Below are positions 44,198 through 55,670 of a stretch of DNA of 64,000 nt, piece by piece. Position 1 is the stretch's first letter, and each line of letters begins with the position of its first letter. Source of the DNA: Dictyostelium discoideum (Eukaryota); the NCBI GenBank assembly GCA_000004695.1, contig CM000152.2:288001-352000 (forward strand). Reading direction: 5' to 3'. The position numbers and the translations under genes are program-made. The notes under the pieces were generated by a model. The model did not search any database and had not been told where the DNA came from. It worked only from the letters and a program-made list of their open reading frames with translations.

Positions 44198-44397
44198 AAT
44201 AAAAAATATAAAAAAAAAAACTAATTTTAAGATTTAATTTTTATAGATAAGTAATAGTACAAACGGAAGTAGTAATAGTTTAAATGGGGAATCAGTATCA
44301 CCAAATAGATTGGGATCATCTCCAGGTTCGCCAATTTCAAAAGCATCATGTAATATATCTTTAAATTTATTTATTTATTTATTTTATTTTTAACTTA

Positions 44398-44447
<50 letters not shown>

Positions 44448-46836
44448 CTCTCTCCTTATTATTAAATAATAATTATTATTAGCATTTGATTTAAATGGTA
44501 AAAAACCTACCAAAAGTAATGTTGTAAGATTATTATTAAATAGAACTAATTCTGGAAGCAATTTATTATCAAAAAGAAGAACTTCAGAGACAGGAGATGA
44601 TGATAGTAATTCTAGTGTTGGTTTATTGAATAACAGTACTGGTAGTATAGGTAAAATGAATACACCAGAATCATCACCCAAATCATCATATATTCTAAGT
44701 AGTAGTATTGGTAGTGGTGGTAGTGGTGGTGGAGGTGGTAGTAGTGGTAGTCTTCAAAATTTAGATAGTGCTAGTAATAATAGTAGTGGCCCAAGGAGTA
44801 GAAGTGGTAGTCTTGGTAAAAATAATAGTAGCCAACAAAATAATAATAATTTAATATTAGACCCAAATTTTAATAATATTGATAAATCATTATGGACTGT
44901 TAGATCATTAAAAGAACATTCAAATCTTGTTGATATTATGGAAAGAATTAAACCAGCAAGTAGAGCCATTTCATTTGGTCAAATTTATGCAAGTGAAGAA
45001 ACTCAATTTGAATTTGATCCAGTTATTGGTCGTGATAATATTTTACAATTAATTTTACAACATTTACAATTTGAAGGTTTAATGGACTCTAGAAAAATTT
45101 TAGAAGAGGAAGCTAAAATTCAATATCCAGAATATACATTCAATGAATCAAGATTAGTCACCTTATTACGTGCTGTCATAAAAGATTCTGATAAAGTTTT
45201 CGATCTAACTCTAAATGATAGAGATAAAGATTCTCAACAAAAATTAGAAGAACATTTAGCATTCCTTGGTTTATTCAAAGATGAATCTCAAACTAATATG
45301 GTTGAAGATGTAAATATCTATGATGAACCTGAAAATTCAAATATTATATATGTAGATGAAAAAGATAATGATAAACCTTCAAAAGATTCACCAACAACAG
45401 CAACAACAACAACGACAGCAACAACAATTGCACCAAGTACAAGTATTAATAATTTATCAAGTTTATCAGTTAGTATAAGTTCAAATAATATAAATAATAA
45501 TAATAATAATAATAATAATATAAATAATTTAAATAGTACACAATTAATTAGTAATACACAACAACAACAAGCAACACCAAATACACCACCACAAGGTTTA
45601 AAATCAACACAATCAATTACAGGATCAACTGGTACATTAGGACCACAAGTTAAAGCAGCATCATTAAATAAATTAGTAATTTTATTAACACCAGAGAATA
45701 ATCATGATTTAGAGTATACAAAGACATTTTTATTAATGTATCAATCATTTACAACACCAGAGATATTATTACAGAAATTGATTCAACGTTATCATGTACC
45801 ACAAAAGGCAGGTCAATCAGTTGCAGAATGGAGACAACGTTCAACTCATATTCAACTTCGTGTACTAAATGTATTGAAAACTTGGATCAAAGATTATTTC
45901 TCTGATTTCTCTGAAAAGTTAATACTTGCCATTAAATCATTATTGGAATCAATGAGACAAACTGGTAATATGTCTTATGCAAAGGTGATTTCCGATGCCT
46001 TGAATTCAGGTTTAAAGAAAAGTGGTCGTAATAACACGGTTTTCACAGTTTCAGCACCCGAGCCTAAAGTACCTAAAAACATTTGGTCTCACAATTTAGA
46101 CATTTTCTCTGTGGATGAAGAGGAGATCTCTAGACAATTGACCTTGATGGACTTTGAAATCTTTTCAAATATTAAATCAACTGAACTTTTAAATCAGTGT
46201 TGGAATAAACCAAAACTACGTCACCGTTCTCCAAATGTTTTAGAATTAATTGGTCGTTTCAATGAAATCTCTCAATGGACTGCCACTTCGATTCTCTCAT
46301 GGCCCAAGGTTAAAGACAGAGCTAGAATCATGGGTAAATTCATAAAGATCGCTGAATACTGTATGAAGCATTTAAATAATTTCAATACTTCAATGGCAAT
46401 TCTTTCCGGTTTAAACGCTTCCTCAGTGCACAGATTAAAATTCACAAAAGAGGAATTACCAAGACACACTCAACAAGTTTACACAGAGTTACAATTTCAT
46501 CTAAGTTCAGCCCAAGCTTACAAAGAGTATCGTGCTTTATTAGCCAAGGCTAATCCACCATGTTTACCTTATCTTGGTGTTTATTTAACAGATTTAACAT
46601 TCTTTGAAGAAGGTAATCCCGATTTCATTCAAGGTTTTATCAATTTCGGTAAAAGAAAGTTAATCTATGGTTCAATCTCAAATGTTCAAAGTTTTCAAAA
46701 TACAAAATATAATTTACAACCTGTTTATCAAATTGCAAAATTATTAAAAGGTTTTAAACTTTTAGAAGAAAATGAACTTTATACAAGATCAATGTCTTTT
46801 GAACCAAGAAATAAAGAAAGAAGTGAAATTTTATAA
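44007..46836 (+). CDS. Ras guanine-nucleotide exchange factor with a LisH motif, a RasGEF N-terminal (REM) region and a CDC25-homology RasGEF domain. About 820 aa, three exons of 44007..44024, about 44247..44349 and about 44483..46836.
   Basis: An 18-nt first exon (ATGTCAAATCCAGTCTGT, MSNPVC) is followed by a GTATGT donor. Exon 2 starts after a TATAG acceptor (ISNSTNGSSNS..SPISKAS). Exon 3 contains ORF 44626..46836. The LisH motif is ILQLILQHLQFEGLMDSRKILEEEA. The CDC25 domain runs from LTLMDFEIFSNIK to GNPDFI and includes the conserved ..N.....AI...L..S..RL..T...L...... block. Confidence 0.8.
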
Positions 46837-46995
46837 AATTATAAAAGATTATAATCTTATTATTAATAGAATAAAAATAAATAATAAAAATAATAATAAT
46901 AAAATAATAATAAATAATAATAATTAATTAATGTAACAGTAACAATTTTAAATAAAATAAAAAATTAAATAAAGTAATAAATAATTCAAAGTTTG

Positions 46996-47026
<31 letters not shown>

Positions 47027-47062
47027 TTGAATTATCAAAATAAATTATTTATTTAAATAAAT

Positions 47063-47396
47063 TTATTTTGGACAACATTTTTTGTCACATCCACATGTTT
47101 TGTTACATGTGTTTTCACATGAGCATGAAGAGCATTTACATTCTATTTGTTGTTCTTTTGGACATGAACAACTATCTTTACAACAGTTGCAGTTGTCTTT
47201 AGTTTTGCAGCATTTACAACAGTTTGCCTGAATTGTTTATTTCAATAAAAATAATAATAATAAAAAAAATAAAAGAAAATAATAATATTAAGTATTAGTT
47301 TTAAATATTAATGGTTTAGATAATAATATATATAAAAAAAAAAAAAAAAAAAATAAAAGATAAATTAAATATATAATTTTTATGTGAACATACCAT
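47063..47396 (-). CDS. Cysteine-rich metallothionein-like microprotein of 54 aa with 19 Cys. Two exons, the first being ATG alone. The spliced product is M / ANCCKCCKTKDNCNCCKDSCSCPKEQQIECKCSSCSCENTCNKTCGCDKKCCPK.
   Basis: ATG at 47394..47396 is followed immediately by a GTATGT donor. A 164-bp AT-rich intron ends at a TTCAG acceptor at about 47228. Exon 2 is 47227..47063 and is 35% Cys in CC, CxC and CxxC clusters, with no aromatic residues. It is a GC-richer island. Confidence 0.55.
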
Positions 47397-48191
47397 TTTT
47401 TTATTTTTTATTATTATCTGTTTAAAATTTTAATATATTTAAAATGTTTTTTTAAATTTTTTTTTTTCGTTCTTATACTTTTTTTTTTTTCCTTTTTTAT
47501 TAAATGAAAATTTAGTAAAAATTAAAATTAAAATTAAAATTTAATAAAAATCCTTTTTTTGGAAATTTCACCCACATTCTAATATTTTCATAAAAAATAT
47601 TTTCACAATTTAAAAGACACACAAAGAAAGAAACTTTTGGAAATTTGAAAAAAAAAAAAAAAAATAAAAAAAATAAAAAAATAAAAAAAAAATAAAAAAG
47701 TTAATTTTAATATTATAATAAACAATGATACCATATTATTGTAATAATTATAAAATTTGAAATAAATAATATTTTTTTTTAAAATAATATATTATTTTTT
47801 TTTTATTTTAATTTAATATTTTCAGTTTTCTATTTTTATTGTTATTATTATTATTTTTTTTTTTAAAGAAATTTAAAGTTACCAAAATTAGGGAATTTAA
47901 ATTAATCCTGATGAATTGTAAACATTACTTTGATATTAAAATTTTTTTATTATTAACAAAATTGATAAATGAGTGATGGATTATTTTTTATAAGGGAATA
48001 ATTTTTTCATCTTGAATATTAACTGAGAATCTTATTTCTAATTCACCTCTTTCATTCAAAAAATCTTGTAAAACTTTTCTTGATTCTGTAAAACTATTAC
48101 CCAACCCAAATTTCTCGATTCTTCGAAATCTATTAGAAGCAATATTAGTATTAAACATCTTTAAATAAATTTATAATAAAGAGAATATACG

Positions 48192-49549
48192 CTATTTACC
48201 TTGATGATATGGTCCAAATGATATCACAGTGGCAGTTGAATCATCTGGTGGAATTAAAGAAAATGAAAACATATATTTTAAGAGTATATCGGATCTTGTT
48301 TTTCTCATTAAATATATACCAAGCTTTCCTTTATTTCCGGTATTGCCTTTTGGATAAATCCTAATATTAAATTTGTGAGATCCCACTTTAAAAACATTTG
48401 ATTCTTTATATTTTTCATGGGTATATAATGCACTAACACTTCTATAGTCAGGAATAATCCATTTGTTACTGTATTCCATCTCTTTAAAACCATTCTGTTT
48501 CAAAACATTTATTTCCTTTTTCAATTGAGTATAATCACAAAGGAGGATGTTAAGTTTTTGATTAATTTCTTCCATTTTTTTTTCTTGATTTAAAAAACTT
48601 TGATTATCTTTTTTTATTATTTCATTTTGATTCATTAGTTTTGTGACTGAATGTTCTAAAGAGTGAATTTTCATTTTTGATCTAGGAAAAAGTTTTCCAC
48701 ATAAAAATTCTTGACAAATAATATTAATATCAGACAATCATCATTTATATGTTTAGTTTTTGTATCTCTTTTAATCATAATTTTACAATGAGAGCATTCT
48801 ATTAAATATTTTGTGCAATGTGTTTTATGATGATCAGATAATGACGATCTTTGAATATTACTATTACAATATACACATTTTGAATATACTTTTGAACATT
48901 CATTTTGATGTTTGTCTGAATCCTTACTAAAAAACTTAATTAAACATAAATCACATTGCAATATTCTTGATTCACAAACTTTATAATGATTCTCTAATTC
49001 ACTAAATTTCATTACACCATGATTACATAGATCTTGATGTAATGTTTGATTGCTATTATTAATAGCAGGTAAACCCAACATGTTGAGTCTAAATACATTT
49101 TCGTTTGAATTTGGACAAAAAACCAATCTGTCTTTTAACCAATTAGAATATTCATTTTCCAAAAATCTATTTCTTGATAATTCTGAAATAGAAGAAATTG
49201 GTGTTTTACAAGTCATACACTTTTTATTTGTACTTAAATATCTTTCCCAACAACTTCTACAAGCTAAATGACCCTTTTTCCAAAATTATAAATATTATAT
49301 GGTTAGAATAAATAATGTTAGATTATTAATAATATAATTTATATTTACTTCTTTGCATTGAAGAGCTTTTGGTTCACTTCCAATAAATAATTCTAAACTA
49401 CAAATAATACATTCATATTTTTCTTCATCTGAATCAAATAAAATATCTTTTATTTCATATTTAATTGGAATTGCTGTTTGTGTAATTCTTGTTGGAGATG
49501 TTGCGTTGTTTACATGATTTAAAATACCGAACATTTTTTTTAAAGACAT
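48192..49549 (-). pseudogene. Array copy A of the TRAF-like RING/MATH gene. The RING exon is intact (49295..49549), but the main exon is split into two frames (48671..49216 and 48192..48737). This is probably a frameshift pseudogene.
   Basis: Exon 1 encodes ..KYECIICSLELFIGSEPKALQCKE. Exon 2 translates colinearly with copy B up to ..TKHINDDC. A 1-nt length difference relative to copy B at about 48725 then shifts the frame. The TRAF zinc fingers, coiled coil and MATH domain continue in the other frame (MSDINIICQEFLCGK...WIIPDYRSV...IRIYPKGN..). Confidence 0.55.
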
Positions 49550-50476
49550 TAAAAGAACAAATATAATAAAAAAGAAAATTCTAAGACATTAAAAGAACAA
49601 AAATAAAAAAAAAAGAAAAAAAAGAAATATAATAGGAAATGGCAGTTTGTGTTTTTTAAAAAATTTTTTTTTTTAATTACGAAAATAAATTTGATATTTG
49701 ATTTATTTATTATTGATTATCTTGATCAAAATTAAATTAACAAATAATAAATCTTTAAAAATTTAATTGATTAGACCATGTAAAAAAATTAGTATAATAA
49801 AAAAAAAATTAAGATAAAATATTATATTTAATTTTTTATGTGAACATACCATTTTTTTTTTTTAATTTTTTTTATTATCTTTTGTAATATCTTTTAATTG
49901 TTTTTAAAAAATTTTTTTATTCTACTTGAAGTATACTTTTTTTAATTTTTTTATTCCACTTGAAGTATACTTTTTTTAATTTTTTTTTTTTTTTATGAAG
50001 TTTGATATAATATTATAATAAACAAAGATTATTGTAATATTATAAAATTTGAAATAAATAATTTTTTTTTTTTTAAATCAATATATTGTTTTTTATTTTA
50101 ATTTAATATATTTCATTTTATTTTTATTACTATTATTTTTTTCAATCAAATTTAAAGTTACCAAGATAGAGAGTTCGAATTAATCCTGATGAATTATAAA
50201 CATTAGTTTTATATTAAATTTTTTTTATTATTAACAAGACTAATATATGAGCGATCTATTAATTTTTATAAGGGAATAATTTTTTCATCTTGAATAGTAA
50301 TTGAGAAACTTATTTCTAATTCACCTTTTTCATTCAAAAAATCTTTTAAAACCTTTCTTGAATCTGTAAATACATTAGTACCACAACTCAAACTTCTAGA
50401 TTCTTCGAAATCTATTAGAAGCAATATTAGTACTTATTAACTTCTTTAAATAAATTTAAAATAAAGAGAATATAAA

Positions 50477-51827
50477 CTATTTACCTCTATGGATTGGTCC
50501 TAATGATACTTTTGTAGCAGTTGAATCTTCTGGTGGAAGTAAAGAAAATGAAAACATATATTTTAAGAGTATACCATATCTTGGTTTCCTTTCTAAAAAT
50601 ACACCAAACTTTCCTTGTTTTCCGGCTTGACCATTTGGATAAATCTTAATATAAAATGTGTGGGATCCCACTTGAAAATCATTTGAATTTTTACTCTTTT
50701 TATGAGTATATAAAGCATTAAAACTTCTATATTCAGGAATAATCCATTTGTTACTGTATACCATCTCTTTAAAACTGTTCTGTTTCAAAACAGCTATTTC
50801 ATTTTTCAATTGAATATAATTATTAAGGAGGTTGTTAAGTTTTAGTTTAATTTCTTCGATTTTTTTTTCTTGATCCAAATTTTGATTATCTTTTTTTATT
50901 ATTTCATTTTGATTCATTAGTTTTGTGACTGAATGTTCTAAAGAATGAATTTGCATTTTTGATCTAGTAAAACGTTTGCCACATAAATATTCCGAACAAG
51001 TAATCATAATTTCTTCACAATCATCATTTATATGTTTTGTTATTGTATCTCTTTTAATCATAATTTTACAATGAGGGCATTCTATTAAATATTTTGTGCA
51101 ATGTGTTTTATGATGATCAGATAATGATGATCTTAGAATATTACTATTACAAAATTCACATTTTGAATATACTTTTGAACATTCATTTTGATGTTTGTCT
51201 GAATCCTTACTACAAAATTTAATTAAACATAAATTACATTGTAATATTCTTGATTCACAAGCTTTATAATGATTCTGTAATTCACTAAATTTCATTGCAC
51301 CATGATTACATAGATCTTGATGTAATGTTTGATTGCTATTATTAATAGCAGGTAAACCCGACATATTGAGTCTAAATACATTTTCGTTTGAATTTGGACA
51401 AAAAACTAGTCTATCGTTTAACCAATTAGAATATTCTTTTTCCAAGTATCTATTTCTTGATAATTCTGAAATTGAAGAAATTGGTGTTTTACAAGTCATA
51501 CACTGTTTATTTGTGCTTAGATATCTTTCCCAACAACGTCTACAAGCTAAATGACCCTTTATTTAAATGATTTTAATTAAATTATATGGTTAGAATAAAT
51601 ATTGTGATATAATTGATAATTTAATTAATATTTACTTCTTTGCATTGAAGAGCTTTTGGTTCACTTTCAATAAATAATTCTAAAGTACAAATATCACATT
51701 CATACTTTTCTTCATCTGAATCAACTAATATATCTTTTATTTCATATTTAATTGGGATTACTTTTGGTGTAATTTTTGTTGGAGATGTTGGGTTGTTTAT
51801 GTTGTTAATTAGATTTATAAAATCAAG

Positions 51828-51830
<3 letters not shown>
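50477..51830 (-). CDS. Array copy B. This is the intact TRAF-type E3 ligase-like protein, with an N-terminal C3HC4 RING, TRAF-type zinc fingers, a coiled coil and a C-terminal MATH/TRAF-C domain. About 425 aa, two exons of 51830..about 51636 and about 51556..50477.
   Basis: The RING spans the intron (CDICTLEL..EPKALQC / GHLACRRCWERYLSTNKQCMTC). There are three TRAF-ZF units (C..C....H.....C patterns such as CESRILQCNLCLIKFCSKDSDKHQNEC). The MATH signature is WIIPEYRSF..FQVGSHTFYIKIYPNGQAGKQGKFGVFL. A GTAAAT donor and an AAAG acceptor give a 79-bp intron. Confidence 0.8.
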
Positions 51831-51860
<30 letters not shown>

Positions 51861-52299
51861 CTAATAATGAGTATGAACAAAAATTAAAAAATAAAAGAAA
51901 AAAAGAAGAATAATTGGAAATTATGGTGAGTGTTACTGTTTGGAGGATGTTAAAAAAAAAAAAAAAAAAAAAAAAATAAATCAAAAATTAATCGTAATTT
52001 ATTTTAAAAAAAAAAAAAAAAATTTTTTTTCAATTTTGATTTTTGATTTATTATCTAGATTTAAAGCACAATGAAGCAGTTAGGGAATTAATTTTTTTTT
52101 TTTTGGGATATTTTTTTCTTTTTTTGGTGTCACGAAATCAGGAAAATAAAAAAAAATTAAAAATTAAAAATATATATTAATTATTTTTTTTTTTTTTAAT
52201 TTTACATTTTTATATTTTATTTATTTTTATATTTTTATTGTTTTTTTCAATGAAATTTAAAATTTCCAAAAATAGAGCAATTGATAATTTTTTATAATG

Positions 52300-53780
52300 G
52301 AACAGTTTCTTCACCTTTAATATTAATTGTGAAATATAATTCTAGTTCACCCCTTTCATTCAAATAATTTTTTAAAACATTTGTTGAATCTGTAAATTCA
52401 CTAGTACCCCAAAAGAAATTTTTAGATTCATGAAAATCTAATAGAAGCAAAATTAGTATTTTTTTTTTTCATCTTTAAATAAATTAATAAAAATGAGAAT
52501 AAACAGTATTTACCTATATAGCATGGTTTCGATTTAATAATTTTTTTAAAATTTGAATCATTTGGTGGATTTTTAAAAAATAAAATATCATGTGTGCCAT
52601 ATATTGGCTCTCTAACTAATAATACAGCAAACTTTCCATGTTTTTTGGCCCTGCATTTGGATAAATCCTAAGATTAAATTTGTGAGAGCCCACTTTTAAA
52701 AACATTTGAATCTAAGTGCTTTTAATAATTCACTAACCTTTTAATAGTCATGAATAACCCATTTGTTTGTATGTCCTATTTCTTTTAAAACCATTATCTT
52801 TTGTATTAGTTAACCCATTTTGATTCATTAATTTGGCTACTGAATGTTCTAAAGAATGGATTTGTCTTTTTGTTCTCTTAAAACTTTTGCCACATAAATA
52901 TTCTGGACAAAAATCATTATTTCTTCACAATCATCATTTAAATGTTTTGTTTTTGTATCTCTTTCACTCACCATTTTACAATAAGTACATTCTATTGTAG
53001 ATCATCATTATCTGATCATCATAAAACTTATTGTAAAAAAAATTTTTTACAATAAGTTTTATGATGATCAGATAATGATGATCTTATGATATCAGTATTA
53101 CAAAATTCACATTTTAAAAATACTTTTGGACATTCATTTTGATGTTTTTCAGAGTCCATACCAAAAAACTTAACTAAACATAAATTACATTGTAATATTT
53201 CTAGATTCACAATTTTGAATATGTTTCTCTAATTCACTGAATTTCATTACTCCACGAATACACAAATCTTAATGTAATTTTTGATCAATGCTATTATTTT
53301 CATTATTAATAGCAGGAGAACCTAACATGTTGATTCTATATAAATTTTCAATGGAATATGGACAAACAACTAATCTATTTGATAGTCAATCAGAATATTC
53401 ATTTTCAAAAATTCTATTTCTTGATAATTCTGAAATTGGCATTTTACAAATCATACAATCTTTTTTTGTTCTTAAATGACTTTCCCAACAATTTGAACAA
53501 ACTAAATGACCCTTTTTAAAATATATATTTGGTTAGAATAAATGATGTGTTATATTAAATAAAAAAATTGTATATTTACTTCTTTGCATTGAAGAGCACT
53601 TGCATGATTTCCAATAGAATATTCTGAATAATAATTACATTCATATTTTTCTGCATCTGAATCAACTAAAATATCTTTTGTTTCATATTCAATTGAGACT
53701 GTTATTGGTGTAATTTTTGTTGAAGATGTTGTGTTGTTCAAATGATTAAAAATACCAAACATTTTGTTTTTTCCAACCAA
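52300..53780 (-). pseudogene. Array copy C. It is a decayed RING/TRAF/MATH pseudogene with multiple frameshifts and an internal 84-bp palindrome.
   Basis: Only short ORF remnants survive. The RING exon is 53550..53780 (..KYECNYYSEYSIGNHASALQCKE). A TRAF-ZF fragment is 53028..53210 (..ILQCNLCLVKFFGMDSEKHQNEC..DHHKTYCKKF). The MATH region at about 52300..52760 is recognisable only at the DNA level. Confidence 0.5.
53000..53083. repeat. Perfect inverted repeat (palindrome) with 41-nt arms and a 2-nt AA spacer. It is made of TRAF zinc-finger coding sequence inside decayed copy C.
   Basis: GATCATCATTATCTGATCATCATAAAACTTATTGTAAAAAA at 53000..53040 is the exact reverse complement of 53043..53083. 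Confidence 0.85.
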
Positions 53781-53829
53781 AATAAAAAAAAAATAAAAAT
53801 AAAAATAAAAAAGTTCTAGTTCGGAGGAG

Positions 53830-54200
53830 GAAAAAAAAAAAAAAAGAAATCAAAGGAACTTGTTTTTAGTGTGATGGTTTTGAGGATGTTAAAAAAAGAA
53901 ATAAAGTAACTGGTAGTGAGTATTATGGTTTTAAGGGTGTAAAAAATTAAAAAAATAGAAATAAAAGAAATGTTGGTGATTATATAGTTTTAAACTATAT
54001 GGTTTGTAGGATGTGAAAAAAAGAAATAAAAAAAAAGAAATCAAAGAACCGTTGGTGATTTTATAGTTTTATTGTTTTAAGGATTTTAAAAAAAGAAATA
54101 AAATATCTGGTGGTAAATATTATGGTTTTGAGGATGTAAAAAAAAAAAAAAAAAAAGAAATCGAAGGATTTTATAGTTTGCATGAAGTTAAAAAAAAAAA
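53830..54200. repeat. Minisatellite of about six tandem units of 55-65 bp, with consensus roughly AGAAATAAAGNAACTGGTGGTGANTATTATGGTTTTGAGGATGTAAAAAAA. It lies immediately 5' of array copy C. Single copies of the same unit lie 5' of copy B (about 51895..51950) and copy A (about 49625..49665).
   Basis: The repeated blocks all end in ..ATGGTTTT(G/A)AGG(A/G)TGT(T/A)AAAAAA. This is read directly from the sequence. Confidence 0.6.
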
Positions 54201-54269
54201 TTTAAAAAATAAATAAAATTTTTCTCAACTTAATTTTAATTATACAAAATATATTCAACTTATTTTTTA

Positions 54270-54760
54270 ACACTATTGATTAATGGTAAACCCATATTGA
54301 GTCCAAATGTATTTAATTTGGAATATGGACAAACAACTAATCTATTATTTAACCAATTAAAATATTCATTTTCTAAATATCTACTTCTTGATAACATTAA
54401 AATTGATGGAATTGGAGTTCTGCAAATCATACACTCTTTTCTTAAAACTAAACATTTTTCCCAACAACTTTTACAAGCAAAATGACCCTATTTTTTTTTA
54501 AATTATATAAATAAATAATGTAGTGAGTATAATTATTATATTTTAATTATTAGATATGTATGTATTTATTTATTTACTTCTTTGCATTGAAGAGCTTCTG
54601 GTTTTTTCTCATTAATTAACTCTGAATTACAAATATCGCATTCATATTTTATTTCACTTGAATCAACTAATATATCTTTTATTTCATATCTAATTTGGGC
54701 TGGTATTGTTTCAATTTTTGTTGGACCTCTTCTATCCATTAGAGATACGACCCTAATCAT
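54270..54760 (-). pseudogene. Array copy D. It is a truncated 5' fragment with the RING exon and the start of exon 2 only.
   Basis: ORF 54566..54760 encodes ..IKYECDICNSELINEKKPEALQCKE. The antisense ORF 54276..54485 covers the first half of a RING/ZF exon (GHFACKSCWEKCLVLRKECMICRTP..). The unit ends at about 54270 with no TRAF-ZF or MATH part. Confidence 0.45.
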
Positions 54761-54895
54761 TTTTTTTTAAATCCAAAATTGTGTAATTTAAAAATTTAAT
54801 GGCAACTATCAAAAAAAAAAAAAAAAAAAAAAATTAATTTATTTTCGTTCTTCAATATTTAAATTAAAATTGTGTTAAAAGTTAATATATGCTGA

Positions 54896-54926
<31 letters not shown>

Positions 54927-55306
54927 AGATCTTTTAACAAATTCTAAAATCCAATTCTTTAAATCCAGTAAATTTTAACTTTATTCAAGCAAAAAAAAAA
55001 AAAAAAAAAAAAAAACTCTATATCGGGTATTTTAATTTTTTTTTTTAAAAAAAAACCATTAATTTTATTTTTAATTTGTTAATTAAAAGGAATTTTTTGT
55101 TTTATAATTGATTGTTATAATATAAACACAAAAATAAATTAATATCAATTTTTATTTTTTGAATTAAAATTATCATCCATTCAATAATTAATTGGTACTG
55201 TTGTTGTCTAGAGAGTATGAAAAAAACCATTGTGGTTTTTATTTTAATCATTTTTTTTAAATCTTTATATAAAAATATATTTACAAAAATGTAAATACCA
55301 TTTTTC

Positions 55307-55337
<31 letters not shown>

Positions 55338-55454
55338 TAATAATATTTTAAAACACATTATTTATTTTATTATTTTTTATTTTTTTACAACTTTTTTATT
55401 ATTTAAAATAATTTTTTTATTCTTTGAGCCTTTTAAGTACTTTTTTAATTATTT

Positions 55455-55491
<37 letters not shown>

Positions 55492-55670
55492 CTGATTACA
55501 CCCCATTTTATTAAATATAATATTTTGGGTTGACTTCCAATTATGATTTTGATAATTTTAAAACATTTGATATGTACATATATATATTTTGTTTTAATTT
55601 TAATTTATTTAAATTTATTTTATTTTATTTTATTTTTATTAATTATTTTATTTTATTTTTATTTTTATTT

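Larger units (their letters stand above)
47375..54780. repeat. Tandem segmental duplication array of four units of about 2.46 kb. Units 1 and 2 are complete, unit 3 is degenerate and unit 4 is truncated. Each unit carries a RING/TRAF-ZF/MATH gene copy with its 5' flank.
   Basis: Unit 1 is about 47375..49835 and unit 2 is about 49836..52250. They are colinear and about 85-90% identical. Both flanks (..TTTATGTGAACATACCATTTTT.. at 47380 and 49840; ..AAAGTTACCAA..TTAATCCTGATGAATTGTAAACATTA.. at 47878 and 50158) and the gene bodies match. Unit 3 (about 52250..53800) and unit 4 (about 54230..54780) keep recognisable but decayed pieces. Confidence 0.7.
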
